A stretch of 64,000 bases of DNA from Cyanidioschyzon merolae (taxonomy: Eukaryota), in the NCBI GenBank assembly GCA_000091205.1, contig AP006493.2. One strand, written 5' to 3'. A program made the position numbers and the translations under genes. Positions within the stretch are counted from its first letter, which is position 1. Every line of letters begins with the position of its first letter. A model generated the notes under the pieces. That model made no database searches, was not told the origin of the DNA, and saw nothing but the letters and a program-made list of their open reading frames with translations. This document shows positions 54,676 through 64,000 of the stretch, piece after piece.

Positions 54676-57006
54676 CTAGACTGGCATCGTCTCCTGCGAA
54701 TCCTGCGGCACCTTGGGCGCGTCGATCTGGTCGATTCGTTCTTCATGTGCCGCAACCCGTGATATGCCAAGGTCCGCTAACTGTCTCTCGTCGACGTCGC
54801 TCGGTGCCGCGGTCATCAATTCGCTGGCGCTCGTTGTTTTCGGAAAGGCAATCACATCGCGCAAACTCTTCGCCTGAGCGCACGTCATGAGAATACATCG
54901 ATCGAGTCCGAAAGCGAAGCCACCGTGCGGTGGTGCTCCGTACCGGAGCGCCTGCAACAAGAACCCAAACTTGGCCTGCTGCTCCTCATCGCTGATCGCT
55001 AACACGCTCAGAACAGCGCTTTGAATCGCCGGATCATAAATGCGGATGCTGCCTCCTCCGATTTCCGTCCCGTTGCATACCAGATCATAGGCCTCCGCTC
55101 GAAGCTTCAAAAGTTCCTGCGTCAGGGTAGCGTCTTTGGACAATGAATCGGGTTTTTCTCGTATACGTTGAACGAGCGTCAACAGCAGATCACGCTGGTC
55201 TTCCCGCGGCGAGGTGAATGGATGATGCACGCTAGTCAGTCGATTGTACTCATCGTCCCAGGCGAAGAGCGGAAAGCCGACTACCCAGCAAAATCGATAA
55301 TCTGTTTCATCCACGAATCCTCTTTCCTTGGCAATTTTGACACGAAGTCGACCCAAGGAGCCGAGAACGACGGGTCGCGAGCCAGCCGCCACCAGGAGGA
55401 GACTGTCAGGGCGCGCTCCCAGCTGCTCCACAAGCTGCCCTGCAACCGTTGGCTCCAGTTTGTTGAGCGGTCCGCTGTTTATAGTAGGCCGCCCGTCCGA
55501 TGATCCAATTTTGCCCCAGAGTAACCCAGATAAACCCAGTTGTTTCACAAACTGAGTATAATCGTCGATGACTTTTCTGGAGGTGTGTGGCGCGGCTCCC
55601 GGTACCACGAGAGCCCGAATGGTTTCTGCGCCTCGAAACGGCGCAACAGCGCAGAGGGCCTCAAAGAAATGCCAGTGTTGCGCTGTGTTGGATTCTCCCT
55701 GATTCGCAGACCAGATAGGCTGCAACTCGAGACCAAAACGCAAATCTGGCGCATCGGTTCCGTAACGCTCCATACAGTCATCATACGTCATCACCGGGAA
55801 CCGCAAACCTTGTCGTGCAGTGTTGCGAACCAACACTTCATCGTTCTTGAGCTCCTGCTCTGATAATACATTAGAAAAAAGCGCTTCGGCAACGCGCTCA
55901 ACAGTATGCATCACATCAGCTGCGCCCACAAAACTCATCTCCAAATCGACTTGCGTAAACTCCGGTTGACGATCCTGCCGCAGGTCTTCATCGCGAAAGC
56001 AGCGCGCAACTTGAAAATACCGATCCATACCACCAATCATGAGCAACTGTTTGTAAAGTTGCGGGGATTGTGGCAACGCATACCATTTTCCACGATGCAC
56101 GCGGCTAGGGACGAGGTAATCTCGCGCGCCCTCTGGAGTAGCTCGCGTCAGTATCGGTGTCTCTATTTCGACGAATCCGAGGCTATCGAGAACACGCCGC
56201 ACAGCCATGGTGGCCTCGTGACGGCGGATCAGAGCAGACTGCAGGGACGCTCGGCGCAAATCCAGGTACCGATATCGCAGTCGGGTTTCCTCCGAGGCAC
56301 CCGTGGTCGCCAGCTGACCAGAACCCGGACGGCCCGTTGTCGTATTGCCTGTCTCGGGGCGTTCCATGTCTAAAACTAGGGGCAAAGGGTCTGCCCTGTT
56401 CAGGACTTCGATGACATGGGCTGCAATCTCGACACTGCCGGTCGGCATCGAAGCGTTGACGTTCGCGGGATCTCGAGCACGTACCGTTCCACGAACGCGT
56501 ACCACAGACTCTCGTCGGATCGTTTTCACCTGAGTCCGAAGCGCTTCCGGGCTTGCAGCGTCAATCGTGACCTGGACGATGCCATGTCGGTCACGCAAAA
56601 GCAGAAAAGTGACGCCACCCCGGTCTCGTATGGTATGCGCCCAGCCGCAGACGGTGACGGTGCATCCAACGTGCTCGGAGCGGAGCGCACCGCACACATG
56701 TGTGCGGAGACTGGTTTGCGTCTCAGAAGCCGCAGAACAAGCGAGCAGTTTCACTGAGCGTGGTTGCTTTCGCTGTGGGCGACTCGCTCCGACCGGATGT
56801 GTGGCGACTTCGAAGCGCCGCGCGAGGAAACTTCGCTCACCCGAATTTCCCGTCAGAAAGTGCAACCAGCAACGCGAAAACGATAAACGCCCAAACGCCC
56901 ACGGCTGATATCGAAGCGGGCAGTTTCGCACGTCTCTCGCGACTCCTGACGCACCCAGCGGTTTCGCCAAGAAAGCAAAGCCGCACGTTGTTCGGAGAAG
57001 CTTCAT
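54676..57006 (-). CDS. Aspartyl-tRNA synthetase, bacterial/organellar type (class IIb) with N-terminal presequence
   Basis: 'TVCGWAHTIRDRGGVTFLLLRDRHGIVQV' (anticodon-binding OB fold). Class II motifs 'FRDEDLRQDRQPEFTQVDLEMSF' and 'GGGSIRIYD...HGGFAFGLDR'. The ~70-aa N-terminal extension rich in R/S/L suggests organelle targeting. The track start is GTG 57024; the ATG is at 57006. Confidence 0.85.
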   Translation of the reverse strand: MKLLRTTCGFAFLAKPLGASGVARDVRNCPLRYQPWAFGRLSFSRCWLHFLTGNSGERSFLARRFEVATHPVGASRPQRKQPRSVKLLACSAASETQTSLRTHVCGALRSEHVGCTVTVCGWAHTIRDRGGVTFLLLRDRHGIVQVTIDAASPEALRTQVKTIRRESVVRVRGTVRARDPANVNASMPTGSVEIAAHVIEVLNRADPLPLVLDMERPETGNTTTGRPGSGQLATTGASEETRLRYRYLDLRRASLQSALIRRHEATMAVRRVLDSLGFVEIETPILTRATPEGARDYLVPSRVHRGKWYALPQSPQLYKQLLMIGGMDRYFQVARCFRDEDLRQDRQPEFTQVDLEMSFVGAADVMHTVERVAEALFSNVLSEQELKNDEVLVRNTARQGLRFPVMTYDDCMERYGTDAPDLRFGLELQPIWSANQGESNTAQHWHFFEALCAVAPFRGAETIRALVVPGAAPHTSRKVIDDYTQFVKQLGLSGLLWGKIGSSDGRPTINSGPLNKLEPTVAGQLVEQLGARPDSLLLVAAGSRPVVLGSLGRLRVKIAKERGFVDETDYRFCWVVGFPLFAWDDEYNRLTSVHHPFTSPREDQRDLLLTLVQRIREKPDSLSKDATLTQELLKLRAEAYDLVCNGTEIGGGSIRIYDPAIQSAVLSVLAISDEEQQAKFGFLLQALRYGAPPHGGFAFGLDRCILMTCAQAKSLRDVIAFPKTTSASELMTAAPSDVDERQLADLGISRVAAHEERIDQIDAPKVPQDSQETMPV

Positions 57007-57614
57007 CTTCCAGTTCCTAGGCACACTCCTGCTACGCGCAAGCGAACAGTAAGAGAACCGACGGAAACACCCGCTGTGTACTTGAACCTGCTGCGGTGCG
57101 CGCCCAGGGGCTACGCTCGCCCGCTAGCGGAGGGCAAGCACCCGTCGCTTCTCGCACCGCGCTGTTGCGTTGTGTGCAGGGCGCCAGAGCCAGCCTCTCC
57201 TGAGCTATAACTGCCAAAAATCGTCCAGTTCTAATGTGCAGGCCGCCACACACACACACACAAATGCGTCAGCCAGCACAAAATCCTCACAAAAAGGGTC
57301 AATGAACCCAAGAGAAACACCCAATGCTGCCCGTGCTACTTGTAGTTGCGCTTCGCAGCAGCGCTAGCGACCGCGGTAGCTATGAGCACGCCTCCCCCGC
57401 CGACGGATGCGTATTTGCCGCAGCCGCAGCAGCAGCAGCAGCAGCGCAGGCGAGACTGCGCGGCTCGGGGCGATGCGCCGGCGATCGATCGTCCCTGCGA
57501 AAGCGATGCACTGTGGGTGAAAGGCCCCTCATTGCGTAGCGAGTAATCGATCTATAAATTCCTGGTTATTGTAGCTCGTGCTTCCGTCTTGTTCCACAGG
57601 TGCTTTTGGGGTTT

Positions 57615-58298
57615 ATGGATACCCACAAGTGCAAGTTATGCTCGAGTTCAGCGAGGCTGGGGTTCATCCTGACGTTGCCCTGTTCGCAAACGTCGGCGTT
57701 CTGCATCAGTTACGTCACGAGCGTGGACGAGCACAGACCACCGGGGCTCCTGACGCGCCTTGCCGGCACTCGGCGGCGCCTACGTGCAGGGACACTGCGA
57801 GCTGAGGGTGGCTCAGAAGACTCGAGAACAGCAGAGGAGTCGAACTCAAAGGTCGATGGCTCTAGTCACAGCTCGGGCAGTGTGCACGGGTACGGGGAGC
57901 CGGTGCCGTCGATACCGACCCGGCCGTTTGACGCCTCAGTAGTGCATCCGTCCTGGTATATAAACATGCGGCCCGACAATCCTTGCGTGGTTTGTTTAGG
58001 AGAAGGCTACATACGTTGCATGCATTGCTACGGGGCAGGGTACGTGGTCGTGGGGCCCGAGCCCGAAGATTTTCCCGAACGAGACCGTGAAGTCTGCACT
58101 GTTTGTTACGGAGAAGGCCGGCATCAATGTCGCCGGTGTGAAGGCACGGGCAAGCGTCCCATGTGGATCATCGACCCGGCAACTCGAGAGCGACGTTCGA
58201 TATCGCTGGAGCGGGACCTGCCTTGGAAAAAAGCGCTGATGGATCTCGCAGAAACAGAGTTGCGACGACAGGAATCGGAAAAGTCGAAAGATGCATAG
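57615..58298 (+). CDS. DnaJ-type (CxxCxGxG) zinc-finger domain protein, possibly organelle-targeted
   Basis: 'CVVCLGEGYIRCMHCYGAGYVV' and 'CTVCYGEGRHQCRRCEGTGKRP' are two CxxCxGxG pairs, as in BSD2/LQY1-like assembly factors. The N-terminal region is rich in R/S/A. Coordinates are approximate (±1-2 nt). Confidence 0.4.
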   Translation: MDTHKCKLCSSSARLGFILTLPCSQTSAFCISYVTSVDEHRPPGLLTRLAGTRRRLRAGTLRAEGGSEDSRTAEESNSKVDGSSHSSGSVHGYGEPVPSIPTRPFDASVVHPSWYINMRPDNPCVVCLGEGYIRCMHCYGAGYVVVGPEPEDFPERDREVCTVCYGEGRHQCRRCEGTGKRPMWIIDPATRERRSISLERDLPWKKALMDLAETELRRQESEKSKDA

Positions 58299-61026
58299 TG
58301 TGAGCAGGGAGTATCGTGCGCTTTTATGGACTCAGGGGTGTTTGATTTTGTTCGAGAAGCAGGACCCGACTCTTGTGCTTCGTGGCAAGGGCTCTTGGCC
58401 GGCCGCGACCCTCTACAGAGCCAAAGCGTTGTGCACGAACGGCTTCATCCAGAACAAAGCTGGTGACCACGACACCGTGAATGTTCGCTTCGCCTCGGAA
58501 ATTCCTGCAAGAATTTCTGCGAGAGCACACGGATTGTGCGTTCGTCTACGTTGGTCGTGCCCGATACTGGAGACTCGAATCGCAGCCGCGCACGCCTTTA
58601 TCGTATGCGATTGCGAGACGCGGATCGCTCATCAGGGAAAAGCGCTCGCGACGCATCCCGCGAGTCGACCTGGAGCACGCTTTGTCAAAAATCCCCCATG
58701 TTCACGAACCACGAAACACAACTAGGCATGCGCGGCGAGATCTGGTGTTCGCAGAGCGCGGTGGCCTGGTTTCTAGTCACCAGAGTTTACCGGCTTTTTC
58801 AAATCGAACTGAATCGAAAGCATTGTGTTGGGAACTAGAGGTCTAGGTGGTGCTGGTGATTTCACTGGCGGTGCGATGGTGCGCAAGTACGATGTTTCCG
58901 AGACCGCGTCGGGGCGATCCCGTCGCGGTGCGCTAGCACTGCCACGTGATGACGCGGCATGAATGCTGCTGTTCACACGAATTGGGAATGATCCCTAACT
59001 ACCCTACACCGTTCGTACACAGCATTCAACGAATCATAAATTTGTTGCTTTTCAAAATCCGAACATAACTGTTGTGCGTTTAAAAACACGTGATCTCTGC
59101 ACGGACCAGAGTTCGCATAAGCGCAACGGGCATGATTGCGTGATGAGAGGTCATGCGGCATGCGTTCGCGGCACAGCGACATGCGAGGTGCCTATGAAGT
59201 ACCGCGCAGCGTATCTTGTTCTGTCTGTAACCAATACATGGGAATCGTGACGTGAGATGCAACGCAAACTCGTGCGCGTCAAAAGTATCGTTCTTTCATT
59301 GGGCGTGACGAAGTGAGCGGCAGTTATTTCATAAACAGCATATGCATGACAGTGGAGCGCAAAAATATCCGCGAACATGTAAGGTACTTATTTACCCGCG
59401 CACAGACGCCTCCCAGCCTCTTTTGACAGGCCAATTGCTGTCGTTTCAGCTCCTTTTTGTACAATTTGAGTCTGAGAAGCTGGTCGAAAAGGCTGGACCG
59501 CATCAGATCCGCGAGTCTCGGCATCAGCATCGCACATCGTCTGATATCGATGGCGGCGTTCAAGTCTCGGTTCAGAGACTCCATGATTTTATTGACGCTG
59601 GTTGAACTCACCAATGCAATGATTGCTGCGGCCTGTGCACTTTGCGAGACTGCAGTCACGTTATCGGCTCGTCGGGCAGATTCCTTTCCCAGACGATAGC
59701 CACTGTTCGATTGCATCCTCTTCGTCACTCGCGATTTATCGCTGGATGGTCGGCGACGAGAGAATTTTTTGTCGAAATCCGAGATACCGGGCCTCCAGGA
59801 CCCTCAACTTCGATGCCCATAGGCGTCCACTGGATTTTTTATTTCTTCAAAATGAACGCATTTGTTGATTCCCTCAGGTGCGGAGCTTCGCGGAGCAAGA
59901 AGGACCCTCTGAAGAGAGATGCAATGTGCCCTGGTCTGTCAAAGAGTGCTCAAAGCTTCAGCGATTCGCTCAGTTGAACGATCAGTATGTTTTACGATAG
60001 AAAACACTCTTTCGATACGGTTGAATCACGGTGGGCATGTAGGAATGAAAAGCAGCTCTATCCCTAGAGAATGAGCAAACGCACGAGCGCAATCGGACTG
60101 GTCGAGTGCCACATAGTCCAGTTGAAGGATGTCTCCAGATTTCACGTGAAAAGTTCTCAATGATTCGTCAAAGTGGTTTGTGCTGCTGTACGAGCGCTCT
60201 CTACGAGCGAAACTGAGTCCGTTACTTGAATCCAGTGCAGCTCGAACAGAGGACGATGTCGTCGTCCTTTTCGAGTTCGCTCATACACACAACGGGCGCC
60301 CAGCTCCGCGAGTGCCCATATGCGCTCCGACCGTTTCATCCGGAGCATGTATCATCGAGTAGGACGAATGCGCTGTCGTCCTGCAAGAAGGATGTGCACT
60401 TCAGTGCGAAATCGACAGTGTGTTGTTCAGTGCGGGATTTTCTCTGTTAGAAGCGTGCTTTTTGTTTGTTCCTCCGTTTCTCTTCATTAACGGTCGTATC
60501 AACGGTACGCAATCTTCAGATCCTGTCGCATATTTGGTAATATTTTGTAGACAAGGCGTGGAGTGGAATGGATTGACAAGAAGAAAAATTTTTCGGCTGC
60601 GTCGAGTACATTCGGATTTGGTTGCGCGGCGTTCACGATTCGGCGTACGAGAAGCGTAAATCACTTGCCAGCTGACCGTCGCATATCCGTTTTGGACAAG
60701 TAAGACGATTTCCGCAAGGCAGCTGTGGTATCATAAAGTTTTTCTGTGACCTTTATCGAAGCTCTCGTCTACGTTGGGTTTGTTGAACGCCTGCTAGAGA
60801 AACGAAGGAAAATCGAGAATGGCTCGGTGATACATGTAGTCCAGAAATCACTTTTCTGTGTATTACTGCCCAGCATTGGCCATGCGTTGCCAAGGCGCTC
60901 CGTCGAAATCCTTTCGTATCAGCATGGAATTGAACGGGTTTACCTGGCGAACCCGGGCGAATACTCTAAAATGATGGTGACTTCCCAGAGTCACGAACGA
61001 CAGTCCTCACGCGCCTTTTCTACGAT

Positions 61027-62050
61027 TGCTTCCTGTTCCTCTCGCTTATTTACCGCTTGAAATACACCAGAATCTCTTTCCCCTCAGGTCCCGTGGTCAG
61101 CGGTAGAAGGATCTTGATAAGAGTATAAAAGTCCCGATTTCGCAGTTTCCGGCCTTTGACGACGCATGTCGTGCACTGGCAGAAGTCGCGGTCTAAGCCT
61201 CGCTCCAATTTCAATTTCTTTCCGGACAGCATTGGCGAGCCCTTCACAGCGATGGCACCTGAATCTAGTCAGGTATTCTCGTGTGCCGACCATGCATCTT
61301 CCGTCTGGCGCCGCCCTGAGACAAGTGAACGCTTGCTTCATCGCACCGTTCATGCGGTTTCGGGGTAAAGGGGGTTCCCCTCGATGCCGTATTCTCCGTG
61401 TCCGCTTCCGTTGCCAAACTCTACAACGAGGGTCTTGGTCCGGTTGATCGCTTCGGCGAGTAGCCTGTCCGCAGCACACACAAGCGCACGGCGTTCAATT
61501 TGATGGGGAATATGTGGAATTCGATAATTTTTCACGATGAAACATGTACCGGAAGGAGTGCCCAGGCTGGAGATCAAGTCGAGAGATTCGGATCCGTCGA
61601 CGCTGCTTCCGTGCTAGACTGTTACGCATTCTCGATGGGAACCAGTAGCCGAGGTGGCTCAAGTCCGACTCCAAGACCGTTTTTTATGGATGCAGAAGAG
61701 ACTGGAGTTTTTGGGAGCAGAACCCGGAAGACGTATCTTGCTGGTGTCGAATTCTGTTTCTTTGGCGCCCACAAAAATAAAAGGATCTGCGTTTCAAACG
61801 GGATCGATTATTTTGCGTGAGCTGTTCAGTGCAGTTTCGGCATGAGCTTCTAAACAATTCGTCGAAAGATAACGTCGTGTGGTTTGTCTCGCCAATGCAC
61901 CTGCGCGAATAGCGGTGCCTACGAGTTGCTTTGGAGCAGAAAGATCGAAAAATCGTCGAATGCGTTTTTCGAGCATGCTGTGCCTGAGGCATCGAGAAAA
62001 TTGCAGGCGCATACCTATGCATTGGATTCTGAAATCTGTTATTTTAAGAA
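61027..62050 (+). repeat. R1-D: copy (~1.0 kb) of the R1 dispersed repeat family
   Basis: Collinear with R1-C: 'gcttcctgttcc', 'aaagtcccgatttcg', '...ctgtccgcagca...', and tail 'gcgtttcaaacgggatcgattat...gttcagtgcagtttcggcatgag'. Confidence 0.65.
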
Positions 62051-62876
62051 CCATTGTTCGATGGCGTCGTTAGTCAACTTGCTTCCGATGACCTATCGCT
62101 TTCCAGCTTCAACGAGAGGAACGAACCACTCCGAAGTGGCCACCCAGACTCCCGTGACCAGCTATGAATACGTAAGCCCTTATTGATTCACGTCAAATGT
62201 CAAGGCTGTATATCAAAAACAACTTCGGAAAACTACCAAGGCAGAAATAGTTCGAGCTCTGGTATGATCCATGTTCTTGGGACGCAGGTGTAGGTCACGG
62301 CACACCCGGTGCCGCGCAGGCGCCATGGATCCGAAAGCGATGCGGCTGCGTGCGTGCACGCGCGACTCGACAGGCGTTTCCCGCTTTGTAGATGCGCGAG
62401 GCGGCCGCGCATCGGATTTTCAACTGCCAGCCGCGGCGTCGAGCGATCAACGTTCGTATGAGCGCCTGCGTTTTCTTGCGACTGCATTTCCCAGCGTTCG
62501 GGTTCGGGGTATCCGCGCTGCACGATAGGCAGTTCGGTTTTATAGGAGGCGTTGAATGGAGCCGCAGCCTCGATCCTGAACCTGAGTTGCGGTAACGCCG
62601 GAATATTGGTTTGACGGTCCCGCTGTGCAACTGCTTTCCAGAGAACGTGGCTCTAAACGTGTACCCACAGGTTGCGGCTTGCGCGCCAGGCGTTTCCGGT
62701 GACAAGTCAGGCGGGTTCTTGAGTTGATAGCCTTCGGTTTTGGCAGCGGTAGCAGCAGCAGCAGCTGCTGCTGCAGTACTAGTCGTTGACTGGGACGACA
62801 CCAGCAAGCTGTTGGCAAAGTATCTGTTCCCTTGTATTGCAGGGCTGCTTTCAACATCACGATTTATTGGTGCCTC

Positions 62877-63377
62877 ATGCCAAGCTCGTCAACCTTTCTC
62901 GCAGTCCAGTGCAGTACGTGCGAGCAGATTCAAATTCAAGCATCGCGCCGTGATGGGCGTTTTCGTTGTAAGGTCTGCGGCGAGTGGCAGAGTACTCAGA
63001 AGGTCCTCGCCAAGTCAGCTCGTCCTCAAGAATTACGACCCTTTGTGCAAACTGCAAACCGTGCTCGAGGCGAGCAGTCCTGTCGTTCGTCTAGAACGAT
63101 ATCGGTGCCCTATGTGGAAACTCCGGAGCGGCACTTGCATGTGAGCGAGCGTCCGCAGGGCCGCCAGCACAATTGTACCTCGATTCGACGCTCGCACGGG
63201 CCCAACGAAGCCTTCGTGTCGTCATCCCGCAACTGCAATGCGTTCGGGATCCCGGGTGTCGCTGGTTCTAGCACGAACGATCATTACCTGGATGCGGAGA
63301 TTCTCGACGAGCTCAATGAGCAACGTCATGATTCTTTCGACGACGCAATAGAGGACGCCCTGGAAGAGGCCAGGTAA
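62877..63377 (+). CDS. MRNIP/C5orf45-like N-terminal zinc-ribbon protein (tentative)
   Basis: 'FLAVQCSTCEQIQIQASRRDGRFRCKVCGEWQSTQKVLAKSA' fits the MRNIP pattern 'F.VL.C..C..FQVQQ.KK.KKW.CK.CGEKQS..KV.G'. The track start is TTG 62832; the ATG is at 62877. The 3' end abuts a 'ggtaagc' that could be a splice donor. Confidence 0.4.
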   Translation: MPSSSTFLAVQCSTCEQIQIQASRRDGRFRCKVCGEWQSTQKVLAKSARPQELRPFVQTANRARGEQSCRSSRTISVPYVETPERHLHVSERPQGRQHNCTSIRRSHGPNEAFVSSSRNCNAFGIPGVAGSSTNDHYLDAEILDELNEQRHDSFDDAIEDALEEAR

Positions 63378-63506
63378 GCGCCTGCTTCGGAACGACGTCA
63401 ACTTTCACTGGGCCCGGCTGTACTCTCTGTTCTCGCTGAACCTGAACCCTGCTTTCGTTGCAGCGCCGTCCTTCTGTATCGTTGCAAACCAAGACATCAA
63501 CAATAG

Positions 63507-63866
63507 TCACGAGGCAGGCGGCTCAGTTTCGGTTGTGCCTCTCCCGTTTCCTACAAAGTCCTGGAGGGACTGGCCACGGCGGCGGTAACGAAGTCTACCA
63601 GCTTCACAAGCAGGACACGGCCGATAGGCTTTGATTGGCCACCAGTGAAAGCCGCGCACGGCTGCGAGCCCACCCTGAAGACGTCCGCTGCCACCGCAGA
63701 GCTTACAGGGCGCAGCAGCGGAGGCAGAGGTTTCCGCTGCCTCCTCACGTGCTCGGAGAGCGCTCGAACCTCGCTTGGGTCGTCTCTCCGACCAGAGCGC
63801 ATGCTGACCACCCGGAGACGCTCCAGTTCGACTTGTAGAAAGCGGTGCAACGAAAAGTAACACCAT
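63507..63866 (-). CDS. Small basic CxxCxGxG/CxxC zinc-ribbon ORF (hypothetical)
   Basis: 'CKLCGGSGRLQGG...CPACEAGRL' is ORF-level only. It overlaps another minus-strand ORF in a different frame. Confidence 0.15.
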   Translation of the reverse strand: MVLLFVAPLSTSRTGASPGGQHALWSERRPKRGSSALRAREEAAETSASAAAPCKLCGGSGRLQGGLAAVRGFHWWPIKAYRPCPACEAGRLRYRRRGQSLQDFVGNGRGTTETEPPAS

Positions 63867-64000
63867 GATCCGGAACAGTCTAAGAATTCAAAAAAGGATT
63901 TACCGTTTTCGTCGTGAACGGCTACCACGTAGCGCAAAGCACACCCTTGAACGCGTGCGCCGCGGCGCGCTGAAAACCCTGCATCTTTGAGGTCACGTTT

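Noticed and set aside
62752-62777. Palindromic (GCA)5(GCT)3 microsatellite as a regulatory hairpin
   Set aside because: It is short, sits in an intergenic region with no positional link to a gene start, and there are similar trinucleotide runs elsewhere (21436-21465, 57426-57444). Most likely neutral slippage.
28-63866. ORF-track start coordinates taken as translation starts
   Set aside because: Many track starts are GTG or TTG (e.g. 28, 4984, 16726, 21476, 25874, 25926, 29517, 34869, 37807, 41015, 41612, 48741, 51262, 57024). In a eukaryote these are only ORF boundaries. I moved starts to the first plausible in-frame ATG, guided by family N-termini.
1-64000. Prokaryotic-style operon or defence-island interpretation
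   Set aside because: Gene content (TAF6, NF-YC, SSU72, XRN, ataxin-2, HAP2-like, DDX47), alternating strands, GC microsatellites and presequence-bearing organellar enzymes indicate a eukaryotic nuclear locus.

Overview
This looks like a compact, GC-rich (~55-60%), essentially intron-less eukaryotic nuclear region. About 20 protein-coding genes alternate between strands, with short intergenic spacers and (GCN)n/(CAG)n microsatellites. Several products appear organelle-targeted, which fits a unicellular alga or protist; a red-alga-like genome is a guess, not a claim. The ORF track uses GTG/TTG as 'M', so I re-derived true ATG starts by eye, and those coordinates may be off by 1-2 nt. Recognisable genes, in order: an SLC35-like transporter (5' partial), an MFS sugar porter, a MIP channel with non-canonical NPF/NGA motifs, an XRN-family exoribonuclease, a diacylglycerol-kinase-like lipid kinase, an ataxin-2/Pbp1-like protein (LSm, LsmAD, PAM2), a small EGF-like membrane protein, NF-YC, a glutathionyl-hydroquinone reductase (Xi-class GST), a TPM-domain protein, a candidate HAP2/GCS1 gamete fusogen placed head-to-head with a 1328-aa LRR plus Cys-repeat receptor-like protein, a C2H2 zinc-finger protein, TAF6, SSU72, the DEAD-box helicase DDX47/Rrp3, a nucleotide-sugar dehydrogenase, an RRM/CCHC/SAP protein, an organellar-type AspRS, a DnaJ-type zinc-finger protein and an MRNIP-like zinc-ribbon protein. 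The structure the genes do not explain is: (1) a near-identical ~560-bp inverted-repeat pair (2336-2896 / 11128-11690) bracketing an 8.2-kb, 3-gene segment, each copy lying in the 3' flank of the outer gene; (2) a ~1.15-kb non-coding dispersed repeat family ('R1') with four full copies and one fragment, sitting in the largest intergenic gaps; (3) a conserved ~230-bp element immediately upstream of the start codons of two convergent genes; (4) four tandem 153-bp units of ~97% identity inside the receptor gene; (5) a degenerate copia-like RT remnant. I found no supportable tRNA, rRNA or CRISPR features.
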